DNA from: Holophagales bacterium | GTDB lineage: Bacteria; Acidobacteriota; Holophagae; Holophagales; Holophagaceae | DNA length: 64,000 bases | Assembly: GCA_038320645.1 (NCBI GenBank) | Contig: JBBQEL010000008.1 | Location: forward strand, 14,437 to 78,436 | Direction of reading: 5' to 3' | In this document: positions 38,055-46,636 of the stretch, piece after piece | How positions within the stretch are numbered: the first letter of the stretch is position 1 | Layout of the letters: each line of letters opens with the position of its first letter | Program-made: the position numbers and the translations under genes | The notes under the pieces: model-generated | What the model was told of the DNA's origin: nothing | What the model saw: the letters and a program-made list of their open reading frames with translations, nothing else | Database searches by the model: none

Positions 38055-39224
38055 ATGCATCAGCCCACTCGCCTGCCTATCGGTCGGATCCGCGCCCTTG
38101 CGGTTGCGCCCGGTCTTTTCGCAGCCCTGGCCCTTGCGGTTCCGGGCCTGATCGCCCAGGAGAGCGCCCCCACCGCTGTCCAGGTCGAGGCCCATGCCTC
38201 GAAATGGGACTACCCCAGAGAACTGAAGGTACCGGAAGGCTCCAAGACCCACCTGGTCCAGAAAGGGGACACCCTTTGGGATCTCGCCGGCAAGTATCTC
38301 GGGAATCCCTATGCCTGGCCCCAGATCTGGGAACTCAACCAGTGGATCAAGGACCCCCATTGGATCTACCCTGGCGATCCCCTGATCATCGATCTGGCGC
38401 GGGGCGTGGCCACGGCCGGATCCCTCCCGGACGCCGTCGCCAACCTGCAGCCTGACCAGCGGCGGGCCGACCCCGGCGCGGTCCGAAAGCCGGAGCTTGG
38501 GTTCACCTTCCAGGATTTCATCCAGCTTCCGTTCCTGGCGCCCGAGGGTGCCGAGGCTCATTACAAGGGGCAGGGTGCCTTCACCATCACCGCGAACAAG
38601 CGTGAGGATCGCCAGTTCCTCGGCGAGGGCGAAACCATCTACATGAACGGCGGAACCGAGCAGGGCGTCAAGGCCGGGGATCGCTTCCTTGTCCTGAAAA
38701 CCGCCAAACAGAAGCTTCCGCACCCGATTATCGCCAAGAAGTTCCTTGGGGATGTCGTGCAGCAGATCGGGGTGGTGCGGGTGATCTCGGCCCAGTCCAA
38801 GGGTTCCGTGGCCATCATCGAACGCTGCCTCGACACCGTGCAGGTGGGCCACCACCTTGTGCGGTTCACTGAGCCCGCCAACATACCGCTGCAACTTCGC
38901 ACAGACACCGACGAACCCATCCGGCTCGCCGCCAATGCCGGCGTTGTGGTCTACACCCGGGATTCCAAGTTGCATGCCGGCAGCGGCGACCTGATCGTGA
39001 TCGACAAGGGCGCCAACGACGGACTCAAGGTCGGCGATGTGCTTCTGTCCTCCCGGGTCAGGACCTACCCGGTGGGATCAGTGGGCGAGAAGGTCCCCGC
39101 CACAGAGTCCTTCGCCCATTACCTCGGGCAGGTGCTGGTGGTTCGCACCGATCCCCAGTCAGCCACCTGCCGCGTGCTCCGCACCACCGAGGAGTTGCGG
39201 GGCGGGGATACCATCACACGCTGA
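38055..39224 (+). CDS. Exported LysM-domain protein
   Basis: HLVQKGDTLWDLAGKYLGNPYAWPQIWELNQWIKDPHWIYPGDPL. Confidence 0.9.
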   Translation: MHQPTRLPIGRIRALAVAPGLFAALALAVPGLIAQESAPTAVQVEAHASKWDYPRELKVPEGSKTHLVQKGDTLWDLAGKYLGNPYAWPQIWELNQWIKDPHWIYPGDPLIIDLARGVATAGSLPDAVANLQPDQRRADPGAVRKPELGFTFQDFIQLPFLAPEGAEAHYKGQGAFTITANKREDRQFLGEGETIYMNGGTEQGVKAGDRFLVLKTAKQKLPHPIIAKKFLGDVVQQIGVVRVISAQSKGSVAIIERCLDTVQVGHHLVRFTEPANIPLQLRTDTDEPIRLAANAGVVVYTRDSKLHAGSGDLIVIDKGANDGLKVGDVLLSSRVRTYPVGSVGEKVPATESFAHYLGQVLVVRTDPQSATCRVLRTTEELRGGDTITR

Positions 39225-39238
39225 TCCTGATCATCACC

Positions 39239-39277
39239 TAATGAGCGAGGGCCCCGATCCGGGGCCCTCGCTCATTA
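39239..39277. terminator. Bidirectional terminator hairpin
   Basis: taatgagcgagggccccg-atc-cggggccctcgctcatta, an 18-bp stem between convergent genes. Confidence 0.85.
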
Positions 39278-39856
39278 AGTCCGGTGAAGTTCCACCACCA
39301 CCCGCTGCCCGCGGGTCGGCAGGGTATAGGGATGAGGGGTGGCGACCCAGCCTTCGGGAAGGCGCTCCTCCTTCCAGTCAGGCCCCTTGAGGGCCAGGAA
39401 GGGTGCGCCTGGGCGTCCATGGCGCTCCCACCAACGCACCAGGTGCTCCAGGGAGCCCAGCGCCTTGGCCGTTCCCCAATCGGCATTCAATGGCGGCAGA
39501 TCCTCCAGGCGCCCGTGAATCGCCTTCAGATTGGGAACGGGCAATTCCATCGCCACCTGCTTCAGGAAAGCCAGTTTCTTGGCCGAAGCATCCACCCCGA
39601 GCACTTCGAGGTCGGGCCTCGCCAGGGCCAGCAACACCGCCGGTGAACCCATGCCGGTGCCCAGGTCCACCACCCGGGCCCCGGCGGGAAGGTGGGCCAG
39701 GAAAGGAAGCAGGGAGGCAGCATCCAGCAGCAGCTCCTCACGGCGCTCCCCGGGAGGCAGGGCCGTCAGCGCATGAGTGCGGTTCCAACGGTCGAGAAGC
39801 ACCAGGAAGCGCCCAATTGGAGCAGCCAGATCTGGGGGGAGGCGAGGATCCATCAC
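39275..39856 (-). CDS. rsmG: 16S rRNA m7G527 methyltransferase
   Basis: RWNRTHALTA, VDLGTGMGSPAVLLA, DASAKKLAFL, LALKG. Confidence 0.88.
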   Translation of the reverse strand: MMDPRLPPDLAAPIGRFLVLLDRWNRTHALTALPPGERREELLLDAASLLPFLAHLPAGARVVDLGTGMGSPAVLLALARPDLEVLGVDASAKKLAFLKQVAMELPVPNLKAIHGRLEDLPPLNADWGTAKALGSLEHLVRWWERHGRPGAPFLALKGPDWKEERLPEGWVATPHPYTLPTRGQRVVVELHRT

Positions 39857-40021
39857 CCCAGGATGCCAGGGAATCCAGAGTCGTGTTGTATTTAGTCGAT
39901 CGTTCTTGTTTCTTTATTGATTTCAACATTTTCATTTTTTTTGTATCAATTTTCCTGCACAAGGAACCTAATATCACCACAGGAAAACATTGAACTAATT
40001 CCTGCACCTAGAATTAAGTGA

Positions 40022-40050
40022 TTGACGAATGGTTCAATAGAACCGATGAT
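40022..40050 (+). promoter_or_regulatory. Possible sigma-70 promoter for ybeY
   Basis: TTGACG-17 nt-GATGAT; AGGAG RBS at 40076-40080. Confidence 0.35.
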
Positions 40051-40086
40051 AATTCCCCTTTGCTTGATCCCATTTAGGAGAGGGCT

Positions 40087-40818
40087 ATGACTCAGCCGCG
40101 AATGCCCTTCACGATCGATTGGTCCAGCCGCAGCAAAATGCGCGGCCCTGGTGAACAGTCGCTGGGCAAACTCCTGCATGGCCTTCGGGATCGGCTCTCG
40201 CCCGAGGCTCAAGGTATATCCATGACTTATGTCGATGATCGGGGCATGAAAAAGCTCAACCGGGAACATCGCGGAAAAAATTTAACGACCGATGTTCTCA
40301 GTTTCCCTTCGAGCACCGAAAAGGGGGCCTTCCCGCACCTTGGCGACATCGTCATCAGCCTGCCCACGGCCGATAAAATGGCCAAGAAATTCGGCGTGAG
40401 TCGAAGGCGGGAAGTGGAGACGCTGGTCATCCACGCCTTCCTGCATCTCTGTGGACACGACCATGAGACGGATCGTGGCGAGATGATAGCTCTCCAGGTC
40501 CAACTGGAGCGGGAACTCCTCGACGAGGAACCGCTGGCCATGAGTCTTAAACGCGGTCGCAAGCCCGGCAGCAAGGTCAAGAAGCTGAAAGATGGCTCGC
40601 GCGTGGTGGTGACGGGTCGCGCCGCCGCCGCCCTGGTCCGGCGGGAACGCGTCAAGAAGGACAAGAAGGTCAAGGTCAGGAAGGCTGCCACCAAGCCCAA
40701 GGAACCCGCCCTCAAGCGTGGCCCCGGACGGCCGCGGAAGGAGGCCGCTCCGGCACCCGCCAAGCGGGCCATCCGCCGCCGCCGGCCAAGCCCCTCCCGC
40801 AGCGGCGTCATCTCTTAA
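40087..40818 (+). CDS. ybeY: rRNA maturation RNase YbeY with basic C-terminal extension
   Basis: MKKLNREHRGKNLTTDVLSFP, LGDIVIS, HAFLHLCGHDH; ~95-aa Lys/Arg tail. Confidence 0.92.
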   Translation: MTQPRMPFTIDWSSRSKMRGPGEQSLGKLLHGLRDRLSPEAQGISMTYVDDRGMKKLNREHRGKNLTTDVLSFPSSTEKGAFPHLGDIVISLPTADKMAKKFGVSRRREVETLVIHAFLHLCGHDHETDRGEMIALQVQLERELLDEEPLAMSLKRGRKPGSKVKKLKDGSRVVVTGRAAAALVRRERVKKDKKVKVRKAATKPKEPALKRGPGRPRKEAAPAPAKRAIRRRRPSPSRSGVIS

Positions 40819-40897
40819 CGCCGCCATGGTAAAAGGGCGCAAGGGCCGATAAAATGACCCTTTGGCCCGGCTTCGGGCCGCGCCATCCGGAGTTTTC

Positions 40898-41617
40898 GTG
40901 ATCAATCTCCTGCTCGGCCTGGGCGCCGCCCTCGCCGTGATCCTGCTCTCCTGGCTGTTGCACATCAGCCTCTGGATCAGCGTCCCCATCGGCATCCTCG
41001 CGGGCGCCGCGCTCTTCATCTGGCAGGGGCGCAAGATCCAGCAGGAGCTTGAGAAGATCTTCACCCGGGCGGGCGATCTCCTGAAGAAGCAGCAGTTTGA
41101 TAAGGCCATCGAGGCCATGAAGGAGGGCTACCGCTTTTCTTCCAAGCAGTTCCTGGTGAAAGGCAGCATCGACGGCCAGATCGGCGTGGTGCAGTACCTT
41201 CGCAAGAAGAACGAGGAGGCCGAGCCCCTGCTGGCGGCCGCCTCCATGCAGCACTACATCGCCAAGGCCATGCTGGGCATCCTCCAGTGGAAGCGGGGCG
41301 AGAAGAAGAAGGCCAAGGAGACCTTCAGCCTGGCCCTCAAGACCGGGAAGAAGGAGAGCCTGCTCTACGCCGTCTACGCCTATGTGCTGGTGGAAATGGG
41401 CGAACGGGACAAGGCCATCGAAATCATCAACAAGGGGCTCGATGTCTGCAAGGGCGATGAGCGCCTCATCACCAACCGCAACCTGCTGCAGAACGGCAAG
41501 GCCCTCAAGATGAAGGTCTACGGCGAGCAGTGGTACCAGTTCCTCCTCGAGCGCCCGATGATCCGCCAGGAGGCTCCGCCCTTCGCCCGGGTCTCCCGCC
41601 GTGCCTTGCGCGGATAA
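40898..41617 (+). CDS. Membrane-anchored TPR-like protein
   Basis: Two N-terminal TMs, then TPR-like helical pairs. GTG start follows GGAG. Confidence 0.7.
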   Translation: MINLLLGLGAALAVILLSWLLHISLWISVPIGILAGAALFIWQGRKIQQELEKIFTRAGDLLKKQQFDKAIEAMKEGYRFSSKQFLVKGSIDGQIGVVQYLRKKNEEAEPLLAAASMQHYIAKAMLGILQWKRGEKKKAKETFSLALKTGKKESLLYAVYAYVLVEMGERDKAIEIINKGLDVCKGDERLITNRNLLQNGKALKMKVYGEQWYQFLLERPMIRQEAPPFARVSRRALRG

Positions 41618-41624
41618 CGCTGTC

Positions 41625-41657
41625 CTGCGGAATCGTCGAAGCTCGCCGATTCCGCAG
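41625..41657. terminator. Hairpin downstream of the TPR gene
   Basis: ctgcggaatcg-11 nt-cgattccgcag. Confidence 0.5.
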
Positions 41658-41742
41658 CATTGAAATGACTCTTCTAAACTGTTCAGCACATGCGAAGCGG
41701 TTGCTGAACAGGATGAAACGAACGATTGAAGGAGTGCACCCC

Positions 41743-42474
41743 ATGTCCGGCCACAGCAAATGGTCCACCATCAAGCACAAGAAGGGCGCCGCTGACGCCA
41801 AGCGCGGCAAGGTCTTCACGAGGATCCTCAAGGAGATCACCGTGGCCGCCCGCCTCGGCGGCGGTGATGTGGCCGCCAATCCCCGCCTGCGCCTCGCCGT
41901 GGATCAGGCGAAGGGCAGCAACATGCCCAAGGACAACTGGGAGCGCGCCATCAAGAAGGGCACCGGCGAGCTCGAGGGCGTGACCTACGAGGAAGTCACC
42001 TACGAAGGTTACGGTCCCGGCGGCGCAGCCATTCTCATCGAGGCCGTCACCGACAACAAGAACCGCACGACCCCCGAGATCCGCAGCTACTTCACCAAGT
42101 TCGGCAGCGAACTGGGCGCCCAGGGTTCGGTGGCCTACATGTTCAACAAGCAGGGCCAGATCGTGGTGGAACCCGAGGTCTCCGAAGACAAGGTCATGGA
42201 AGTGGCTCTGGACGCCGGCGCCGATGATGTGGCGAACGAAGGCGGTGCCTGGGTCATCAAGACCAGCCCCGAGTCCTACCAGGCCGTGAAGGATGCCGTG
42301 GACGCCGCCAAGCTGCCGGTCATCGAAGCCAAGATCATCATGGCCCCCAGCACCAGCAGCGCCCTCGATGGCCACAAACTCACCAGTTTCCTGAAGCTGG
42401 TGGATTTGCTCGAGGACAACGACGACGTGCAGAATGTGTGGCACAACGGGGACTACGAGGAGACCGAGGACTAG
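41743..42474 (+). CDS. yebC: YebC/PmpR-family protein
   Basis: [42 protein letters not shown]. Confidence 0.96.
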   Translation: MSGHSKWSTIKHKKGAADAKRGKVFTRILKEITVAARLGGGDVAANPRLRLAVDQAKGSNMPKDNWERAIKKGTGELEGVTYEEVTYEGYGPGGAAILIEAVTDNKNRTTPEIRSYFTKFGSELGAQGSVAYMFNKQGQIVVEPEVSEDKVMEVALDAGADDVANEGGAWVIKTSPESYQAVKDAVDAAKLPVIEAKIIMAPSTSSALDGHKLTSFLKLVDLLEDNDDVQNVWHNGDYEETED

Positions 42475-42498
42475 GTTCCAATCCTAGCTCTCGTCAGG

Positions 42499-42523
42499 CT
42501 CGGGGCGCTTTTGGCGCCCCGAG
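42499..42523. terminator. Hairpin between convergent genes
   Basis: ctcggggcgc-ttttg-gcgccccgag. Confidence 0.7.
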
Positions 42524-44173
42524 TTATTCCTGCGCCTTGGGCGCAGGCAGGTGGGTCGCTGTGATGGGCTCAGAATCAGGTTTGCCCACCGCCAGGATGG
42601 GGAACCTCGGCGGCTCGCCCCACATACCATCGCCCCGGATGAGGGCGCTGTGGAAGGCGCCCCAGTAGACGAGGCTGTCACTGCTGCGCGGATCCAGGAG
42701 GTAGAAGGCCAGACGGCCCAGGGGTTGCTCGAGGGGGATGTAGAGGGCCCGATCCAGATCGGCGGGAGTCCAGGCCAGCTGCATGTTTTTCAGCGTAGGT
42801 TCGGCCTTCCAGGTTCCCTGCATCTCCAGCGTGAACACACCCTGATAGGCCGAGGGCGACACTTTCCGGCCCATCTCCTGGAAGTGCAACACGGACAGGC
42901 CCCGCGGGCGGGTGCTGCCTTTCAGCACCTTCAGGCCATGGGCCTGAAGCAGGGGGAGCACCGTGGAGGAGAAGGCGGGATCCACGAGGTAGCCCACCGG
43001 AGCTGTCACGAAATCCTGTCCCTCGAAACCCACGAAGCTGGGCAGCTCCAGGCGCGTGCGGCCGTTCTCGCCCGTGACCCGCCCCTGCTTGTCGCGGATG
43101 GGGTCCACCCAATCGAAGGTATAGCGTTCGACCTGCTTCAATTTCGCGGACAAGGGCAGAGCCACCGGGCCGCGGCTCCACGCACCGGCCCACCGGGCTT
43201 GAGCCTCTTGGAGCTGGGCGCGGATCTCGCCCCGATGCTCCGCCATCCAGCCGAGACAGGCCAGCACGAAGCGGCGGGTATCGGAGATGCGGTCCGGCCA
43301 ACTGCGATAGACATAGCTTTCCGACAGCACCGCCAGACGGTTGCGCAAAGCCGGATAGTTCGTGAGCAACCGGGGATGGGCATCGTAGGTTTCCCAGGCC
43401 GTGGGCGGCTTCTCCGCCGTGGGCCGGTAGGGCACGAAGTTGCCGTAGTCGTAGGTGGGCATGCCCTCGGCCTTGAGGCGTTCCCGCACCTCCACCAGCA
43501 GCTTCCGGTTGTAGGCCAGCAGGCCCTCGTCCGCGCCCAGGGTGCAGGCGGGGCCGTGGGTGAGATGGAAGCCATGGGTGCTGCCGTTGGTGGTGTGCAG
43601 ATCCAGCACGGCAGCGGGATCGAAATCACCCAGCATGGCCAGCAGCCAACGGGTATTGGGCGCGGCGGCCTTCATGAGGTCGCGGTTCAGATCCAGCCCC
43701 AGGGCGCTCTCCCGGCGGCCGACACCGCTTTCGGTGGGATTGGGTTGCCAGGGCCGGATGGCCGGATCCAGGGCGTCCGTGCCGTCCGCGTTGTAGGCAG
43801 GCATCACCACCAGATCCAAATTCCGGCGCAACTCCGGATGCTTCCCCTGCAGCAGTTCCCGAACGACCTGCTGGATGGCCTCCTTGCCTTCCACTTCTCC
43901 CGCGTGGATGTTGGCGTTCACATAGATGCGAAGCGGGTCCTTGCCAGTGCCCTTCAGACGCCAGGCCAACAGGGGCTTGCCCGTTTCCGTGACCCGGGGG
44001 GCGCCCTTGGGGTGGTAGGGCTGCAGGGCTGGGTTCTGGCGGCGCAATTCGGCCATGAACGCCCGGACCTCCAGGACCGTGGCGGTCCGGCGGAGGTCCG
44101 TGCGCTCGGGTACCGTCTGCGGCCAGCCGGCCACCAGGCCCGTTCCCGCCAGGGCCAGCAGCAGGCGCCGCAT
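42524..44173 (-). CDS. Secreted M14 zinc carboxypeptidase
   Basis: NIHAGEVEGKE (HxxE), YNADG, DLNRD, DLHTTNG. Confidence 0.88.
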   Translation of the reverse strand: MRRLLLALAGTGLVAGWPQTVPERTDLRRTATVLEVRAFMAELRRQNPALQPYHPKGAPRVTETGKPLLAWRLKGTGKDPLRIYVNANIHAGEVEGKEAIQQVVRELLQGKHPELRRNLDLVVMPAYNADGTDALDPAIRPWQPNPTESGVGRRESALGLDLNRDLMKAAAPNTRWLLAMLGDFDPAAVLDLHTTNGSTHGFHLTHGPACTLGADEGLLAYNRKLLVEVRERLKAEGMPTYDYGNFVPYRPTAEKPPTAWETYDAHPRLLTNYPALRNRLAVLSESYVYRSWPDRISDTRRFVLACLGWMAEHRGEIRAQLQEAQARWAGAWSRGPVALPLSAKLKQVERYTFDWVDPIRDKQGRVTGENGRTRLELPSFVGFEGQDFVTAPVGYLVDPAFSSTVLPLLQAHGLKVLKGSTRPRGLSVLHFQEMGRKVSPSAYQGVFTLEMQGTWKAEPTLKNMQLAWTPADLDRALYIPLEQPLGRLAFYLLDPRSSDSLVYWGAFHSALIRGDGMWGEPPRFPILAVGKPDSEPITATHLPAPKAQE

Positions 44174-44176
44174 GGC

Positions 44177-44650
44177 TCAGCGGGCCGTGGAGGTGGTCGC
44201 GGCCGTCACGGGCATCTCGGGGCCGGTCTTGAGGGCCTCCTTGCGGAACAACCCCTTGTTGAACACGGTGAAGGCCACCGCCAGAAAAAGCACCAGGGTC
44301 AGCAGGGCCGAGCCCCGCTTGCCGGCGGCCAGGGCCTTGGGCGTCATTTCGGAGAGCCCCACGAGCACGAAGACCAGGGTCAGCTTGATGTGAAAGTAGA
44401 TCCCGGCCTTGAAGGGGTTCTGACCGCCCTGCATCATGAGGACCAGCAGCACGATGCCCACGACGAGGGCCAGGCGGAAGGCCCAGGCCACCACCTTGGA
44501 CCAGACAGTCGCCGCCAGGCCCTGGAGATCCTCGCGGCCCTCTTCGAAGCCTGAGAGCAGGAGCACCACCACCGCGGCACCACCACCCACGGCAAGGGCC
44601 ACGAAGTGCAGCCAGCGGACCAAGTTTATGGCTTCGAGTTTGAGATTCAT
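44177..44650 (-). CDS. Four-TM membrane protein
   Basis: RWLHFVALAVGGG, four hydrophobic helices, HIKLTLV. Confidence 0.7.
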   Translation of the reverse strand: MNLKLEAINLVRWLHFVALAVGGGAAVVVLLLSGFEEGREDLQGLAATVWSKVVAWAFRLALVVGIVLLVLMMQGGQNPFKAGIYFHIKLTLVFVLVGLSEMTPKALAAGKRGSALLTLVLFLAVAFTVFNKGLFRKEALKTGPEMPVTAATTSTAR

Positions 44651-44717
44651 GGTGACCTCGTGAGTTAGGACTCCTAGCCTAGCAGCCCTGATAGGCTGGG
44701 TCGGTCAGGAGGAAGTC

Positions 44718-45683
44718 ATGTCCAAGCTTCGCGTTGCCGTGGTGGGTGTGGGCCATCTGGGACAGCATCATGCCCGAATCGCAGCTTCTGCGGCTGATGC
44801 CGTCCTGGCGGCCGTGGTCGATCCAGATCCCGTCCGCGGCCCCGAGATCGCCGCCAAATTCAATGCCCCCTGGGCCGCCTCGCTGGAGCAGGTGCTCGAG
44901 GACGTGGATGCCGTGCAGATCGCCGCCCCCACGGGCTTCCACCATGCCCTCGGGATCCAGGCCCTCAAGGCAGGTAAGCACGTATTGATGGAGAAGCCCC
45001 TGGCCGCCAACCTCGACGAGGGCGTGGCCCTGCTGAAGGCCCTGGCCGAGGCCCGGGCAGCGAAGCCTGGCCTCGTGGCCCAGGTGGGCCACCTCGAACG
45101 CTTCAACCCGGCGGTCACGGCGCTGCGCGAACGGGGCTTCAAGCCGCGCTTCCTCGAGGCCGTGCGCGTCTCGCCCTTCCCCGCCCGCAGCCTGGAGGTG
45201 GATGTGGTGATGGACGTGATGATCCACGACCTGGACCTGCTGCGCGCCCTGGTGGGGCGCCCGGTCATCGAGGTCGAGGCCGTGGGCGTGCCGGTACTGA
45301 CGCCCTACGCCGACCTGGTGAACGCGCGGCTGAAGTTTGAAGGCGGCGCCTTCGCCACTGTCACCGCCAGCCGCGTGGCCCGCAAGAAGGAGCGCACCCT
45401 GCGCGCCTTCGGCGACAAGGAATACGCCAGCCTGGACTTCGCGACCCAGAAGCTGGAATTGCTGCGGCTGGTCATGGGCCCCGATGGCCCGCAAGTGCAG
45501 CCGGAAACCGCCGATATCGTGGAGGGCGAACCCCTCCGCCTGGAGATCGAGGCCTTCCACGCAGCCTGCCTGGGCCGCAGCGCGGAGGGTGTCACCTGGG
45601 AGGAAGGCCAGGAGGCCATGCGCGTGGCCGACCAGGTGCAGAAAGCTGTCGCGAAAAGCCTGGCGGAGATCAACCGGGCGTGA
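44718..45683 (+). CDS. Gfo/Idh/MocA oxidoreductase (GnnA-like)
   Basis: VAVVGVGHLGQHHAR, EKP, GHLERFNPA, DVMIHDLD, TASRV. Confidence 0.88.
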   Translation: MSKLRVAVVGVGHLGQHHARIAASAADAVLAAVVDPDPVRGPEIAAKFNAPWAASLEQVLEDVDAVQIAAPTGFHHALGIQALKAGKHVLMEKPLAANLDEGVALLKALAEARAAKPGLVAQVGHLERFNPAVTALRERGFKPRFLEAVRVSPFPARSLEVDVVMDVMIHDLDLLRALVGRPVIEVEAVGVPVLTPYADLVNARLKFEGGAFATVTASRVARKKERTLRAFGDKEYASLDFATQKLELLRLVMGPDGPQVQPETADIVEGEPLRLEIEAFHAACLGRSAEGVTWEEGQEAMRVADQVQKAVAKSLAEINRA

Positions 45684-46636
45684 ACCGCCTCTACGACCTC
45701 GCCTCCCTCACCAAGCCCCTGGTGACGGCGCCGCTGGCGCTGGCCTTCCTGGACCTGGATGCGGATCGGCGCTGGGCCCTGGGCTTTCCTGAGCGCGAAA
45801 CCCCGCTCACGGTGCGGCAGTTGCTGTCGCACAGCTCTGGGCTGCCGCCCTGGCGGCCCTTCACGGGGGAAGCCCTGGCTGAACAGCTTCGCCGCCCCGT
45901 GCCCGAGCACCCCCTGCTCCGCCCCGCCACGACAGGTCTGGCGACCTACTCGGATCTGAATTACCGCCTGCTGGCCGAGCTGCTGGAAACCGAGACCGGC
46001 GTGTCCTTCGTACGGCTCGGCGCCGCCTCTGGCCTGAGCCCCGCGCCCTGGGGCGACTACCCAATGCCGGTGCCGGATGGCCCCGATGCCGTGGCCTGGG
46101 GTCTGGCTACGGACCTGCCCCTGCCGCAGCGGGAACCCGGGCTCCCCCACGATGCCAACGCCCGGGCGGGCATGGCCGGCCACGCTGGCTTTGGCACCAC
46201 TGCCCCGCAGTTGCAGGCAGCACTGGGCCGTTGGGTGGCCGCGGGCTGGCCCGAACGCATGGCCGTGGACACGGCCGAGGGGGAGACCGGCGCCCGCTGG
46301 GGTCTGGGTCTCCAGGTGGCCCCTGCCGGCGTGGGCCGCTTCGGACAGCTGCTGTCCAATCTTTCCGTCAGGCCCGGAATCCACCTCGTGGCGGATCCCA
46401 CCGAAGCGGTAGCCCCCGCCGCACCGCCTGTTGAGGCTGAGCCAGGGCCCCCCTCCGGCTGGTGGTTCCATCTGGGCTACACCGGCCCGGCCCTGTTCTA
46501 CCGGCCTTCGCAGCGCTGCTGCATCGCCCTGCTCCTGCATCGCCGGGGCCCGGACGGCGGGCTGCTCGATGCCGAGGCCCTGCGGGCCCGGCGCTGGCAG
46601 GCCCTGGCGCGATTCGTGGGACAATCCGGCGGATGA
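45680..46636 (+). CDS. Beta-lactamase/serine hydrolase family protein, N-terminally short
   Basis: LASLTK (SxxK), LLSHSSG, YSDLNY, HLGYTG. Confidence 0.8.
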   Translation: MNRLYDLASLTKPLVTAPLALAFLDLDADRRWALGFPERETPLTVRQLLSHSSGLPPWRPFTGEALAEQLRRPVPEHPLLRPATTGLATYSDLNYRLLAELLETETGVSFVRLGAASGLSPAPWGDYPMPVPDGPDAVAWGLATDLPLPQREPGLPHDANARAGMAGHAGFGTTAPQLQAALGRWVAAGWPERMAVDTAEGETGARWGLGLQVAPAGVGRFGQLLSNLSVRPGIHLVADPTEAVAPAAPPVEAEPGPPSGWWFHLGYTGPALFYRPSQRCCIALLLHRRGPDGGLLDAEALRARRWQALARFVGQSGG

